DNA of 64,000 bases from an uncultured Melioribacteraceae bacterium (lineage in GTDB: Bacteria > Bacteroidota > Ignavibacteria > Ignavibacteriales > Melioribacteraceae): NCBI GenBank assembly GCA_964499285.1, contig CAZCLA010000011.1, positions 20,720 through 84,719 on the forward strand. The letters are read 5' to 3'. Position 1 is the stretch's first letter. Each line of letters opens with the position of its first letter. The notes beneath the pieces are model-generated. The model was not told the DNA's origin and made no database searches. It saw nothing but the letters and a program-made list of their open reading frames with translations. A program made the position numbers and the translations under genes. Positions 9,941 to 20,288 of the stretch are shown piece by piece.

Positions 9941-10507
9941 ATGGCTGATACCTCAGATTTCAGAAATGGATTAATAATTAAATTTAAAAACGATCTTTAT
10001 AGTATTACCGAATTTCAACACGTAAAACCCGGTAAAGGTGGGGCATTTGTTAGGACAATGCTTAAAAATTTGAGAACAGGTAAAGTTCTTGATAATACCT
10101 TCCGTGCCGGCGAAAGTGTTGATATTGTTCGTGTAGAAAGAAGAAAATATCAGTATCTTTATAAAGAATCCGGTGGATTTGTGTTGATGGATTATGATAC
10201 ATACGAGCAGATGACAGTTCCCGAAGAAACATTCGATGAAGGTAGAGTTTTCTTAAAAGAAGGGCTGGATGTTGAACTTCTGCTAGATGATCAAGATAAA
10301 ATTGTCACTGCTGAACTTCCCATTTTTGTTGAATTGGAAGTGACCGAGACTGAACCCGGTTTTAAGGGAGATACTGCAACTAATGTAATGAAGCCGGCTA
10401 CAGTTGAAACCGGAGCGAGTGTCCAAGTGCCTTTGTTTATTAACATTGGTGATATGCTTAAAATTGATACTCGTACCGGAACCTACGTTGAGAGAGTAAA
10501 AAAATAA
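9941..10507 (+). CDS. efp: Elongation factor P
   Basis: FRNGLIIKFKNDLYSITEFQHVKPGKGGAFVRTMLKN (conserved KPGKG loop). 188 aa. Confidence 0.95.
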   Translation: MADTSDFRNGLIIKFKNDLYSITEFQHVKPGKGGAFVRTMLKNLRTGKVLDNTFRAGESVDIVRVERRKYQYLYKESGGFVLMDYDTYEQMTVPEETFDEGRVFLKEGLDVELLLDDQDKIVTAELPIFVELEVTETEPGFKGDTATNVMKPATVETGASVQVPLFINIGDMLKIDTRTGTYVERVKK

Positions 10508-10993
10508 TTGGTGATTATGGATATCAACCTACTTAAAAGACTCATTAGAGTCGTCGAAAAAAGTGATATAACTGATTTCTCCGTTCAGGAAGGAGATTTG
10601 AAGGTTAGAATTTCAAAACGAGTTGACGGAACTACAGGGCAATATGTTCAACCGCAAATTTTTCAACAGCCTGTTCCGACTCAGCAAATTGAAACAAAAC
10701 AGGAAACACCGAAGGATTCCGCTCAAACTCCAAAATCCGATTCATCTTCTAATCTTCACGAAATTAAGTCGCCCATTGTCGGAACGTTCTATAGAGCACC
10801 GGCACCGGATGCCGATCCTTACATTCAGGTTGGTGATGAAATAATGGAAGGAGCGGTTTTATGCATAGTTGAAGCAATGAAACTTATGAACGAGATCGAA
10901 AGCGATGTAGGTGGTAAGATTGTTAAAATACTGGTTGAGAATGCAACTCCGGTTGAATACAATCAACCGCTTTTCCTTATTGAAAAAAAATAA
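10508..10993 (+). CDS. accB: Acetyl-CoA carboxylase biotin carboxyl carrier protein
   Basis: Biotinyl-lysine motif CIVEAMKLMNEIE, P/Q-rich linker, and the efp-accB-accC order. The start could instead be ATG 10517. Confidence 0.9.
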   Translation: MVIMDINLLKRLIRVVEKSDITDFSVQEGDLKVRISKRVDGTTGQYVQPQIFQQPVPTQQIETKQETPKDSAQTPKSDSSSNLHEIKSPIVGTFYRAPAPDADPYIQVGDEIMEGAVLCIVEAMKLMNEIESDVGGKIVKILVENATPVEYNQPLFLIEKK

Positions 10994-11020
10994 ACTTGTC
11001 CAAATAGTCCAGGTGATTTT

Positions 11021-12361
11021 TTGTTTCATAAAATTCTAATCGCAAATCGCGGTGAAATTGCTTTAAGAGTAATCAGAACTTGTAAAGAACTCGGGATAAA
11101 AACCGTTGCTGTGTATTCCGAAGCTGATAGAGATTCCTTACACGTTGTGCTTGCCGATGAAGCGGTTTGTATTGGTCCTCCTCCATCTACAGAAAGTTAT
11201 CTCAAAATTCCAAGCATTATCTCTGCAGCACAAGTTACAGGCGCTGATGCAATTCACCCGGGTTACGGATTTCTTGCAGAGAATGCAGATTTTAGTGCAA
11301 TCTGTCAGGAATCAAACATCAAGTTTATAGGTCCCTCTCCTAGTATGATCGAAAACATGGGGGATAAAGCACTCGCTAAAGAAACTATGCGGAAAGTAGG
11401 TGTTCCCGTAGTTCCCGGTAGTTTGGGCCTTATAAAGGATGTATCCGAAGCAAAGAAAATTGCTGCGGAAATAGGTTATCCCGTAATGTTGAAAGCATCT
11501 GCCGGAGGCGGTGGAAAAGGTATGAGGATTGTTTGGGATGAAGAAAAAATTGAAAAAGCATTCCAAACTGCAAGTACAGAAGCCGGTTCTGCATTCGGTA
11601 ATTCTGCACTCTACATGGAAAAGTATATTGAAAATCCGAGGCATGTTGAGATTCAAGTTATAGGTGATGGAAAAGGTGAAGTTTATCATTACGGAGAGAG
11701 GGATTGTACGGTTCAGAGAAGACATCAAAAACTTATCGAAGAAACACCATCTCCTATAATAACACCTGAAGTGAGAGAAAAAATGGCTGAGGCATCAATT
11801 CTCGGATGTCAAGCAGTTCGCTATGAAGGTGCAGGAACGATTGAGTTTCTTGTTGATAAATATTTGAATTTTTACTTTATCGAGATGAATACAAGAATTC
11901 AAGTCGAACATCCCGTAAGTGAAATGGTAAATAATGTTGATTTAATAAAACAGCAAATTTTAGTGGCAAGTGATGGTATTGTTGAAGATAAACCTCATCA
12001 ACCCTATGGTCATAGTTTCGAATTTAGGATAAACGCTGAAGATCCCGATCATAATTTTAGACCATCTCCGGGTAGAATTGAATATGTGCATTTTCCCGGA
12101 GGATTTGGAGTACGGATAGATTCGCACGTTTACACCGATTATATTATCCCGCCTTACTATGATTCCTTAATTGCAAAGCTAATAGTTTGGGGAACAGATA
12201 GAAAGCATGCTATTATGAGAGCACGAAGAGCTTTTGAAGAAATGACAATTGAAGGAATAAAAACAACAATGCCTTTTCATAAAGCAGTGCTTGAAAACGA
12301 TAAATTTTTAAAAGGCGATTACGATACATCCTTTATCGATCACTTATTAATAAAAAAATAG
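11021..12361 (+). CDS. accC: Acetyl-CoA carboxylase biotin carboxylase subunit
   Basis: The TTG start gives (M)[21 protein letters not shown]-grasp motif [14 protein letters not shown], plus [12 protein letters not shown]. Confidence 0.95.
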   Translation: MFHKILIANRGEIALRVIRTCKELGIKTVAVYSEADRDSLHVVLADEAVCIGPPPSTESYLKIPSIISAAQVTGADAIHPGYGFLAENADFSAICQESNIKFIGPSPSMIENMGDKALAKETMRKVGVPVVPGSLGLIKDVSEAKKIAAEIGYPVMLKASAGGGGKGMRIVWDEEKIEKAFQTASTEAGSAFGNSALYMEKYIENPRHVEIQVIGDGKGEVYHYGERDCTVQRRHQKLIEETPSPIITPEVREKMAEASILGCQAVRYEGAGTIEFLVDKYLNFYFIEMNTRIQVEHPVSEMVNNVDLIKQQILVASDGIVEDKPHQPYGHSFEFRINAEDPDHNFRPSPGRIEYVHFPGGFGVRIDSHVYTDYIIPPYYDSLIAKLIVWGTDRKHAIMRARRAFEEMTIEGIKTTMPFHKAVLENDKFLKGDYDTSFIDHLLIKK

Positions 12362-12369
12362 AGGTCAAG

Positions 12370-12750
12370 ATGAATATCCCGCAAAATTTAAAGTACACAA
12401 ACGATCATGAATGGATTAAAGTTGAAGGCAATATAGGAATAATCGGAATTACCGATTACGCTCAAGGTGAATTAGGAGATATTGTTTTTATCGACATCGA
12501 TCCAGATTTGCAGGAAATTAACAACGGTGATTCATTTGGTTCAATTGAAGCGGTTAAAACTGTAAGCGATCTTTTCGCTCCATGCAGCGGAAAAGTAGTT
12601 GAGATAAATTCAAAACTTGAAGATGAACCGCAACTTGTTAACAGTGATCCCTACGGCGACGGTTGGTTAATTAAAATTGAAATTTCGGATTTAAGTGAAT
12701 TAGATAACTTGATGGACAGCGAAAGTTACAAGAATCAAATTGGTCAATGA
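12370..12750 (+). CDS. gcvH: Glycine cleavage system H protein (lipoyl carrier)
   Basis: YTNDHEWIK, GITDYAQGELGDIVF, and lipoyl-lysine motif SIEAVKTVSDLFAP. Confidence 0.9.
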   Translation: MNIPQNLKYTNDHEWIKVEGNIGIIGITDYAQGELGDIVFIDIDPDLQEINNGDSFGSIEAVKTVSDLFAPCSGKVVEINSKLEDEPQLVNSDPYGDGWLIKIEISDLSELDNLMDSESYKNQIGQ

Positions 12751-13754
12751 AAATATTATACGTATCCGGTTATACCCGGATGGTATTGTTTAATAAACTT
12801 CTGCCTAAAGCGCTTCGAAATAATGGTTTTGATGTGATTGAATTTGATTGGAATTCGGTAAAAAAGTTTAACCGGATTCTAAATTTAATTCCTCGAGATA
12901 AGGTTGAAATTGAAATAAACAACAAACTAATCAAAACTGCCAGAAAAGAGAAACCGAATTTTATTTTTATTTTGAAAGGCGAACCGGTTTCTATCGAAAC
13001 ATTAGACATTCTTAGAAATGAAATTGGAGCACTTACTTTTAACTGGTTCGGTGATGATCCTTGGGAATTTCCAAGTTTTTCAGGCAAAATTGCAAATCAT
13101 TATAATTTCTTTTTCACTTATGACCCATATACCGTAAAGCTCTACAACGACATTGGACAACAAAATGCATTTCATCTTCCGTACGGATATGATCAAAATT
13201 TGGTTGAATCAATTGAACTGTTAGATAAAGAGAGAACAAAATACGAATGTGACATTGCTTTTATTGGCAGCCATTATCCGAAACGCGAAGAACTTCTTAT
13301 ACAATTGAAAAACAAATACAACCTGAAGATATGGGGAAGAGGTTGGAAAGGGACTAAATGCGAGGATGTTTATCAAGGTTCGGCGTTATACGGGATAGAG
13401 ATGCTTAAGGCAATGAAATCAGTAAAAATACTACTTAATATTCATAAAGGCTTTGAAGAAGGTGTGGAAGAATCCGGTGAAGGATTGAATTTAAGAGTCA
13501 TGGAAGCTGCTGCATCAAAATCATTTCAACTTACGAATACTCAGGCTGATATTAAAAACCGATTTGTTCCGGGAAAAGAAATTGAAGTTTTCGAAACTTG
13601 GAATGAATGTCTGGATAAAATTGAATATTTTTTAAACAATGAAAAAAAACGTAAAGCTATAACAGAAGCAGGTTATGCTAGATTTCTTAAAGATCATACG
13701 CTTGATAAAAGGATGAATGAAATGATGACAATTATGCAAAACCGCAAAAACTAA
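12747..13754 (+). CDS. CgeB-like glycosyltransferase family protein (DUF3880 / Glyco_trans_1_2-like)
   Basis: The C-terminal region LNLRVMEAAASKSFQLT...FVPGKEIEVFE...KIEYFLNNEKKRKAITEAGYARFLKDHT resembles the CgeB/GT1-like family. ATGA overlap with gcvH. Confidence 0.6.
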   Translation: MKILYVSGYTRMVLFNKLLPKALRNNGFDVIEFDWNSVKKFNRILNLIPRDKVEIEINNKLIKTARKEKPNFIFILKGEPVSIETLDILRNEIGALTFNWFGDDPWEFPSFSGKIANHYNFFFTYDPYTVKLYNDIGQQNAFHLPYGYDQNLVESIELLDKERTKYECDIAFIGSHYPKREELLIQLKNKYNLKIWGRGWKGTKCEDVYQGSALYGIEMLKAMKSVKILLNIHKGFEEGVEESGEGLNLRVMEAAASKSFQLTNTQADIKNRFVPGKEIEVFETWNECLDKIEYFLNNEKKRKAITEAGYARFLKDHTLDKRMNEMMTIMQNRKN

Positions 13755-15296
13755 ATGAAACATTCAGAAACAATTCTAATCATTGATTTTGGATCTCAGT
13801 ACACTCAGCTTATTGCACGGCGAATACGCGAGAACAATGTTTACTGTGAAATTCATCCGCATCATATTGGTATAAATGAAATTAAAGATTTAAATCCTGT
13901 TGGAATAGTTCTTTCCGGCGGACCGATGAGCGTTTATGATGAAGGAGCTCCCACAATCCCGGAAGAAATTTTCAAACTCGGTATTCCCGTACTTGGAATT
14001 TGCTACGGTATGCAGTTGTTGGCAGTTAATTTTGAAGGTAGAGTTGAACCGGCTAAAAACCGAGAATATGGTAAAGCCGTTCTGCAGCTAGTAACTGGCT
14101 GTAAACTTTTCGAAGGTGTGAAAAATAATTCAACCGTATGGATGAGTCACGGTGATTATATAACGCGTCTTCCGAATTCATTTAACGTTACAGCTCGAAC
14201 CGAGAACTCTCCCATTTGCGGTATTGCTGATTCTGCAAGGAACTTGTACGGACTACAATTTCATCCCGAAGTAAATCATACTGAAGAAGGAAGTAAAATC
14301 ATAAAGAATTTTCTTTTTAAAATTTGTTATTGCTCAGGAAGTTGGACTGCCAAAAATTTCACGCATAGCAGTAGGGCAGATATTAAAGAAAAAGTCGGCG
14401 ATAATAAAGTGATTTGTGCTTTGAGTGGAGGAGTTGATTCATCAGTTGCTGCAATCCTAGTTGATAAGGCTATCGGAGATCAATTGATCTGCATTCACGT
14501 TGATACAGGATTGATGAGAAAGAATGAAAGTAGTATAATCATGAAGATGTTCGAAGATAAATATGATTTGCACATTGTTCATGTAGACGCATCAAAAATA
14601 TTTATTGAACGATTAATGGGAATTGTTGATCCGGAACGTAAAAGAAAAATAATCGGCGAAACTTTTATCGAAGTTTTTGAGAATGAAGCAAATAAAATCG
14701 AAGGTGTGAAATACCTTGTACAAGGAACACTTTATCCGGATGTAATTGAATCTACCAGTGTCAAGGGAAATTCGGTAACGATCAAGACACATCATAATGT
14801 CGGTGGGCTTCCGGAAAAAATGAATCTAATGCTAATCGAACCCTTTAGAGAATTATTCAAGGACGAAGTAAGAGAAATAGGGAAGGAACTTGAACTACCA
14901 GACTCATTTATAGGCCGTCATCCGTTTCCTGGACCGGGTCTTGCAGTCCGTGTTTTGGGTGAAGTAACGCTTGATCGACTTGAAATTCTTCGTGAAGCTG
15001 ATGATATTTTTATAAATGAATTACATCGTTTTGAACTTTATGACAACATTTGGCAGGCATTTGCGGTACTGCTTCCGGTAAAAACTGTCGGTGTTATGGG
15101 CGATTTCAGAACTTACGAAAATGTAATAGCTTTGCGCGCAGTAACCTCAACCGATGGTATGACCGCAGATTGGTATAGATTTTCAAATGAATTCTTGGAA
15201 ACGGTATCAAACAAGATTATCCGGGATGTTAAAGGAGTAAATAGAGTTGTTTACGACATCAGTTCCAAACCTCCTTCCACAATTGAATGGGAATAA
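13755..15296 (+). CDS. guaA: GMP synthase (glutamine-hydrolysing)
   Basis: GATase motif [11 protein letters not shown]-loop SGGVDSSV, C-terminal PPSTIEWE. Confidence 0.95.
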   Translation: MKHSETILIIDFGSQYTQLIARRIRENNVYCEIHPHHIGINEIKDLNPVGIVLSGGPMSVYDEGAPTIPEEIFKLGIPVLGICYGMQLLAVNFEGRVEPAKNREYGKAVLQLVTGCKLFEGVKNNSTVWMSHGDYITRLPNSFNVTARTENSPICGIADSARNLYGLQFHPEVNHTEEGSKIIKNFLFKICYCSGSWTAKNFTHSSRADIKEKVGDNKVICALSGGVDSSVAAILVDKAIGDQLICIHVDTGLMRKNESSIIMKMFEDKYDLHIVHVDASKIFIERLMGIVDPERKRKIIGETFIEVFENEANKIEGVKYLVQGTLYPDVIESTSVKGNSVTIKTHHNVGGLPEKMNLMLIEPFRELFKDEVREIGKELELPDSFIGRHPFPGPGLAVRVLGEVTLDRLEILREADDIFINELHRFELYDNIWQAFAVLLPVKTVGVMGDFRTYENVIALRAVTSTDGMTADWYRFSNEFLETVSNKIIRDVKGVNRVVYDISSKPPSTIEWE

Positions 15297-15299
15297 AAA

Positions 15300-16148
15300 A
15301 TGAATGAGAAAGAATTTAAAGTGAATAAAGCTGTTAAGTTCGAAGAGGAAGGTAAATTTCTTCACGCTCTCCAAGTTTATCGACAATTGATTAACGACGA
15401 AGAATACGGCAGGTTCTCAGTGATAAAACTAGCAAATATTTACGAAAAGCTGAATAATGTTGATACTTCAATAAAACTAATTGAGAACTTTATTTCAAAA
15501 AACCAAGAGGATGATAACGTTCTTAACTATCTCGCTAATCTACTCCTAAGAAACAACAAATTTGAGAAAGCCCTTGATGTTCTTAACCGGGTTAAGGATG
15601 ACGACACTTACGAAAGCAGTTTTCTGAAAGGTTATGCAAAATTTCATTTGGGTGATTATGAACAAGCAATTCGGCATTTTAATGAACTTATTATAAGTAA
15701 CACGAATCTTGAACTTCATTCAGATACTTTTTTGTACTTAGCTAAATCCTATTTGAATTTGGGTAATTTGGATAAAGCTCATGAGGCTGCAGAAAAAGCT
15801 GAAATGTTTTATCAAAACAACAGTGAATTGCTGCTGACGCTTGCAATTATTTATTATAACAAAGATATGTTTCTTCACGCTCACGAAAAGGTAAGAAAAG
15901 CACTTGCGCTAAGTGATAGAAATATTCGCGTTATTAAATGGACTGCAAAAATTCTCTATAAACTTGAAGAGTTTGATAGAGCTGAAAAATTTGCTAAAGA
16001 ATATCTTGAAAAATTTCCTGACGATTCAGAGATTAATCTTTTAATGGGCAGTATACTTAGTTCTCTAAAAAGAGATGATGAAGCGAAGTTCTATTACATT
16101 AAATCCGAAAAATTGAGTGGAAATAAAAAAACAGTAAATGTTGATTGA
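15300..16148 (+). CDS. TPR repeat protein
   Basis: 282 aa of repeated 34-aa helical motifs (e.g. YLAKSYLNLGNLDKAHEAAEKA). Confidence 0.7.
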   Translation: MNEKEFKVNKAVKFEEEGKFLHALQVYRQLINDEEYGRFSVIKLANIYEKLNNVDTSIKLIENFISKNQEDDNVLNYLANLLLRNNKFEKALDVLNRVKDDDTYESSFLKGYAKFHLGDYEQAIRHFNELIISNTNLELHSDTFLYLAKSYLNLGNLDKAHEAAEKAEMFYQNNSELLLTLAIIYYNKDMFLHAHEKVRKALALSDRNIRVIKWTAKILYKLEEFDRAEKFAKEYLEKFPDDSEINLLMGSILSSLKRDDEAKFYYIKSEKLSGNKKTVNVD

Positions 16149-16852
16149 AAAAAATGACGGATTCAACCAACAAATTTAGAATTAAAGATTTATCCCCCGA
16201 CGACAGACCGCGCGAAAAATTAATACTAAAAGGCTCTCAAAGTTTAAGTGATGCTGAACTAATTGCGATTCTTCTTCGAACGGGAACAAAAGGAAAAACA
16301 GTTCTTGAGGTTGCTCAAAACTTGATAAAAGATCAAGGAAATTTAGCTCAATTAGCCTCGAAATCCGTGGAAAATTTTACGCAAAATTTGGGAATCGGTA
16401 AGGATAAAGCAGCAACTTTAGCCGCGGCATTTGAATTGAGCAGGAGAATTTCGGTTGATCAGAGGTGGTTTTCAAATCAGAAAATCACATCACCCGGTGA
16501 TGTCGCTAAGATTTTCGGTCCCATACTCCGGGATGAAATGCAGGAGAAATTTATAGTAATTTGTCTAAATTCGGCAAATAAAATTATAAAATACAAAGAT
16601 ATCTTCACCGGGACACTTAATTCGAGCATTATCCATCCAAGAGAAATATTCAAGTTTGCATTAGATAACAATTCTGCCAATATTATTCTGCTTCACAACC
16701 ATCCGAGTGGTAATTTAGAACCCAGCGGCGAGGATGTTTCAATCACAAAAAGACTTGTTGATTCTGGAACTATTTTAGGAATTAAAGTGTTTGATCACAT
16801 TATTATTGCGGGAAATGGCTATTTCAGCTTTGTGGAGCAAAAAATAATATAA
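16145..16852 (+). CDS. radC: RadC-family JAB/MPN domain protein
   Basis: N-terminal DRPREKL...LSDAELIAILLRTG and the JAMM motif LLHNHPSGNLEPSGED. Confidence 0.9.
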   Translation: MKKMTDSTNKFRIKDLSPDDRPREKLILKGSQSLSDAELIAILLRTGTKGKTVLEVAQNLIKDQGNLAQLASKSVENFTQNLGIGKDKAATLAAAFELSRRISVDQRWFSNQKITSPGDVAKIFGPILRDEMQEKFIVICLNSANKIIKYKDIFTGTLNSSIIHPREIFKFALDNNSANIILLHNHPSGNLEPSGEDVSITKRLVDSGTILGIKVFDHIIIAGNGYFSFVEQKII

Positions 16853-16933
16853 AAATTTATTATCTTTTAGTCCTATAATCTGAATTAGAATCGGGATAGA
16901 CATAATTCTATTTTTATTAAAAAAGGAGGTAGT

Positions 16934-17209
16934 ATGACCAAATTAAGAAAAAGCGTCAGCGTTGCGCTAGCCTCATTGCTGTTTGCCGGAATGATAAGTT
17001 TTACTGGCTGTAGCGGTGTAAGCGAAGAACAGATGGCTGAATTGGAAGCTCTTCGCGCTGAAGTAAGCACGTTGACAAAAGACGTAAACTATCTTAAGAG
17101 CGAAAAATCTAAGCTCGAAAGAGAAATTGCAGACAAAAATGCAAAACTTGAACAATGCGCAAAAGAGATGGCAGAAACAAAAGCCAATCTCCAGAAAATG
17201 GGTAAGTAA
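16934..17209 (+). CDS. Small coiled-coil lipoprotein (Lpp-like architecture)
   Basis: Strong SD (AAGGAGG), lipobox ISFTGC, then about 65 aa of heptad-like coiled coil. Confidence 0.7.
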   Translation: MTKLRKSVSVALASLLFAGMISFTGCSGVSEEQMAELEALRAEVSTLTKDVNYLKSEKSKLEREIADKNAKLEQCAKEMAETKANLQKMGK

Positions 17210-17234
17210 AAGTAAAAACACACGGAGGAATTAA

Positions 17235-17924
17235 ATGAAATTCAAAGAAAAATTAGCGGTAGTATTGATGTTATTGCTTGCTCTTTCTGTCAATCTCTTT
17301 GCTCAAGAAATCACCGAAGAAGAATGGCAAGCAGAAATGAATAATTTAACAGCTCAAAGAACAGCTCTTACAAAAGAACTTGATCTGTTAAAAACTCAAA
17401 TTGCAGAGCTTAAGGAGACAAATGCTTCGCTTCAATCATATGAGGACTGCCAGAATGATCTTTACGCTCTGGTTGGTGCAACAAAACAAGATGTTGATGA
17501 TTTTAGAACCTTGGTAAATGACTTGCAAGTAAAAATTAGTAAACAGCAAAAACCGAAATCAGATCGTCAAGCTGAATTGGATAATCTTAAATCGAGCAAA
17601 ATTAGTGCTTTGCCGGAATTTTATGACAAAGTTCACAATCAAATGCAGAGACAACTCGATGCTTGGGATGACACTCCTGACGAAATTCTTTACACTGTTG
17701 TTAGAGGAGACAATCTTTGGAACATTGCGAAAAAACCACAGCACTACGGAAACGGTTTTGCTTGGCCAAAAATTTATAACGCAAACAGAGATCAGATAAA
17801 AGATCCCGATCTCATTTATCCAAAACAAGTTTTTAAGATTCCTAGTTTGACCGAGGAAGAGAAAGCTAAATACAATAAAATTAGAGCAAACTATAAACCG
17901 GCTCCTACAACACAAGCCAACTAA
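17235..17924 (+). CDS. Secreted coiled-coil protein with a C-terminal LysM peptidoglycan-binding domain
   Basis: Type I signal peptide (..SVNLFAQ), a coiled coil similar to the preceding gene, and LysM YTVVRGDNLWNIAKK...IYPKQVFKIP. Confidence 0.8.
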   Translation: MKFKEKLAVVLMLLLALSVNLFAQEITEEEWQAEMNNLTAQRTALTKELDLLKTQIAELKETNASLQSYEDCQNDLYALVGATKQDVDDFRTLVNDLQVKISKQQKPKSDRQAELDNLKSSKISALPEFYDKVHNQMQRQLDAWDDTPDEILYTVVRGDNLWNIAKKPQHYGNGFAWPKIYNANRDQIKDPDLIYPKQVFKIPSLTEEEKAKYNKIRANYKPAPTTQAN

Positions 17925-17954
17925 ATAGTTGCGGTAAAATTTATCTTTTCAAAA

Positions 17955-17979
17955 CCCTCTTCTATTGAAGGGGGTTTTT
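17955..17979 (+). terminator. Rho-independent terminator after the LysM gene
   Basis: CCCTCTTC (17955-17962) pairs with GAAGGGGG (17967-17974) with one mismatch, followed by TTTTT. Confidence 0.7.
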
Positions 17980-18098
17980 AATTTAAGGAGGTAATTACGC
18001 AAATAGAACAGATCTTTACTGTTGAAAATGTCAATCTTCAAAGTCTTCTTGGCACAAACGACGTTAACCTAAAACCTATCGAAGAGCGTTTTAGTGTC

Positions 18099-18965
18099 TT
18101 GATTGTCATACGCGGCGACACTGTAAAACTAAAAGGGACCAAGGAAGAAGTGTTAACGGTTGAGAAAATCATCAAAGAAATGATCTATGTTTTAAACACG
18201 ACCGGAAGATTGAACGAAAATGATGTCAAAACAATTATTTCACTTACTTCAGAAGGGAATGAAATAATTAGCACTAACGATTTCGATAACATTATTCTAT
18301 ACAGTAAAAAAGATGCAATTAAAGCACGAACGCCAACGCAAAAAATTTATGCTGAAGCTGTTCGGAAAAACGATATCTGTTTTGCTATTGGTCCGGCTGG
18401 AACCGGAAAAACTTATCTTGCTGTTGCATTTGCGGTTGCTTCGCTAAAAAAAGGAATAGTTAAGAAAATTGTACTTGCTCGTCCCGCTGTAGAAGCTGGT
18501 GAAAGTCTCGGATTTTTACCAGGCGATTTCAGGGAGAAAATTGATCCATATCTTAGACCATTATACGATGCGCTTCAAGATATGCTTCCGTCGGATCAGC
18601 TCAAAAACTATATTGAAAAGGATATAATCGAAATCGTGCCGCTTGCTTATATGCGCGGTAGAACTTTGAATAATTCATACGTTATCTTGGACGAAGCTCA
18701 AAACTCAACAGGTCTGCAGATGAAGATGTTTCTAACGCGGCTTGGACCGAACTCAAAAGCAATTATTACAGGGGATATTACTCAAGTAGATCTGCCTTCA
18801 AATGCTAGGAGCGGTTTGATTGAGGTTAAAGAAATTCTCAAGGACGTGGATGGAGTTGGATTTGTCTATTTCGAAAAATCGGACGTTGTTCGTCACAAAC
18901 TTGTGAAGGACATAATCGAAGCCTACGAAAAATTTGGCAACGGCAAAAACGGGAATAAAAATTAA
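18099..18965 (+). CDS. phoH: PhoH-family ATPase (the true start is probably upstream, near 17994-18003)
   Basis: Walker A GPAGTGKTYLAV, ILDEAQN, ITGDITQVDLP. The frame is open back to 17982 and encodes PhoH-like N-terminal sequence without a canonical start codon (see findings). Confidence 0.9.
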   Translation: MIVIRGDTVKLKGTKEEVLTVEKIIKEMIYVLNTTGRLNENDVKTIISLTSEGNEIISTNDFDNIILYSKKDAIKARTPTQKIYAEAVRKNDICFAIGPAGTGKTYLAVAFAVASLKKGIVKKIVLARPAVEAGESLGFLPGDFREKIDPYLRPLYDALQDMLPSDQLKNYIEKDIIEIVPLAYMRGRTLNNSYVILDEAQNSTGLQMKMFLTRLGPNSKAIITGDITQVDLPSNARSGLIEVKEILKDVDGVGFVYFEKSDVVRHKLVKDIIEAYEKFGNGKNGNKN

Positions 18966-19723
18966 AGAACGGTTTTGCTTTCTTCCCAATATTTGTCCAT
19001 TTCTTCCAGATTTGAATCAGTTATTTTTTTGCCTGATTCGTTCAATTTTTTTTCAATATATCCGAATCGTTTAACAAATTTATTTGTGGTTCTTCTCAAA
19101 GCATTTTCCGGATTGATTCCTATGAAACGAGAGTAGTTTATCAGCGAAAAGAAAAGATCACCCATTTCGTTTTCCATTTTTTCTTTATCGTTTGACATTT
19201 CTGCTGAGTGAAGTTCATTGATTTCTTCAATAACTTTTTTCCAAACATCTTCTTTATTTTCCCAATCGAATCCAACTTTTGAGGCTTTTTCCTGAAGTCT
19301 GTACGCTCTGTGAAGTTCCGGCAGATTTTTCGGAACACCTTGAAGAACAGATTTTCTTCCTTCATCAAGTTTTATTGTTTCCCAATTTTTCATGATTTCA
19401 TTGTTGTCTCTCACTTCAACATTTCCGAAAACATGTGGATGGCGTCTAATAAGCTTATCCTTTATTTCATCAATAACTTCGTTGAGAGTAAAATTTTTAG
19501 CATCTTCGCCGATAACCGAATGAAATACTATATGAAGCAGTAAATCTCCAAGTTCGCGTTTAAGTTCTTGATAATCTTTGTTGTCTATTGCTTCAATAAC
19601 TTCATAAGATTCTTCTAAGGTGGCAGATTTTATCGAATCGTGTGTTTGCTCCTTATCCCAAGGACATTCCACGCGCAATTTTCTCATTATATCAACAAGT
19701 TGCTGAAATTTATCACCTTCCAT
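18962..19723 (-). CDS. mazG: Nucleoside triphosphate pyrophosphohydrolase MazG
   Basis: Tandem MazG domains: CPWDKEQTHDSIKSATLEESYEVIEAI and ...EMGDLFFSLINYSRF. Confidence 0.9.
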   Translation of the reverse strand: MEGDKFQQLVDIMRKLRVECPWDKEQTHDSIKSATLEESYEVIEAIDNKDYQELKRELGDLLLHIVFHSVIGEDAKNFTLNEVIDEIKDKLIRRHPHVFGNVEVRDNNEIMKNWETIKLDEGRKSVLQGVPKNLPELHRAYRLQEKASKVGFDWENKEDVWKKVIEEINELHSAEMSNDKEKMENEMGDLFFSLINYSRFIGINPENALRRTTNKFVKRFGYIEKKLNESGKKITDSNLEEMDKYWEESKTVL

Positions 19724-19828
19724 TTTTCTCCAATTTTTATTCTAAAGTTATTATGTTTGTTTGTGGTTTCAAATTTAATGAAATAAGTTGATTTGACAGA
19801 AAAATATTAATTTATATTAGAGGCAAAA

Positions 19829-20287
19829 ATGATCGAAGACAAACTTAAAGAATTAGGTATTAAGATTTCCGAACCGGCAAAACCACTTGCTGCTTACGTT
19901 CCTTTCGTAAGAGCAGGAGATTTTGTTTTTACTTCGGGACAAGTCCCAGTTGAAAAAGGCGAGTTAAAATTTAAAGGTAAGGTCGGAAAAGATTTATCCA
20001 TGGAAGAGGGACAAGAAGCAGCAAAGTTATGCTTGATAAACTGCTTAAGTGCTGTAAAAGCAGCTGCCGGGAGTTTGAATTCAATTGAAAGAATTGTTAA
20101 AATAACGGTGTTCGTAAACAGCGCCGATGGTTTTACTGCTCAACCGCAGGTTGCAAACGGTGCAAGTAATCTTCTTATTGATATTTTTGGTGAAGTGGGC
20201 AAGCATTCTAGAAGCGCAGTCGGCGTATCGGAACTTCCGATTGATTCTGCTGTAGAAATTGAAATGATTGCAAAGCTAAAGGAGTAA
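19829..20287 (+). CDS. RidA/YjgF family protein
   Basis: 152 aa. GDFVFTSGQVP and RSAVGVSELPIDSAVEIE are typical of the YjgF/RidA family. Confidence 0.8.
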   Translation: MIEDKLKELGIKISEPAKPLAAYVPFVRAGDFVFTSGQVPVEKGELKFKGKVGKDLSMEEGQEAAKLCLINCLSAVKAAAGSLNSIERIVKITVFVNSADGFTAQPQVANGASNLLIDIFGEVGKHSRSAVGVSELPIDSAVEIEMIAKLKE

Positions 20288-20288
20288 T

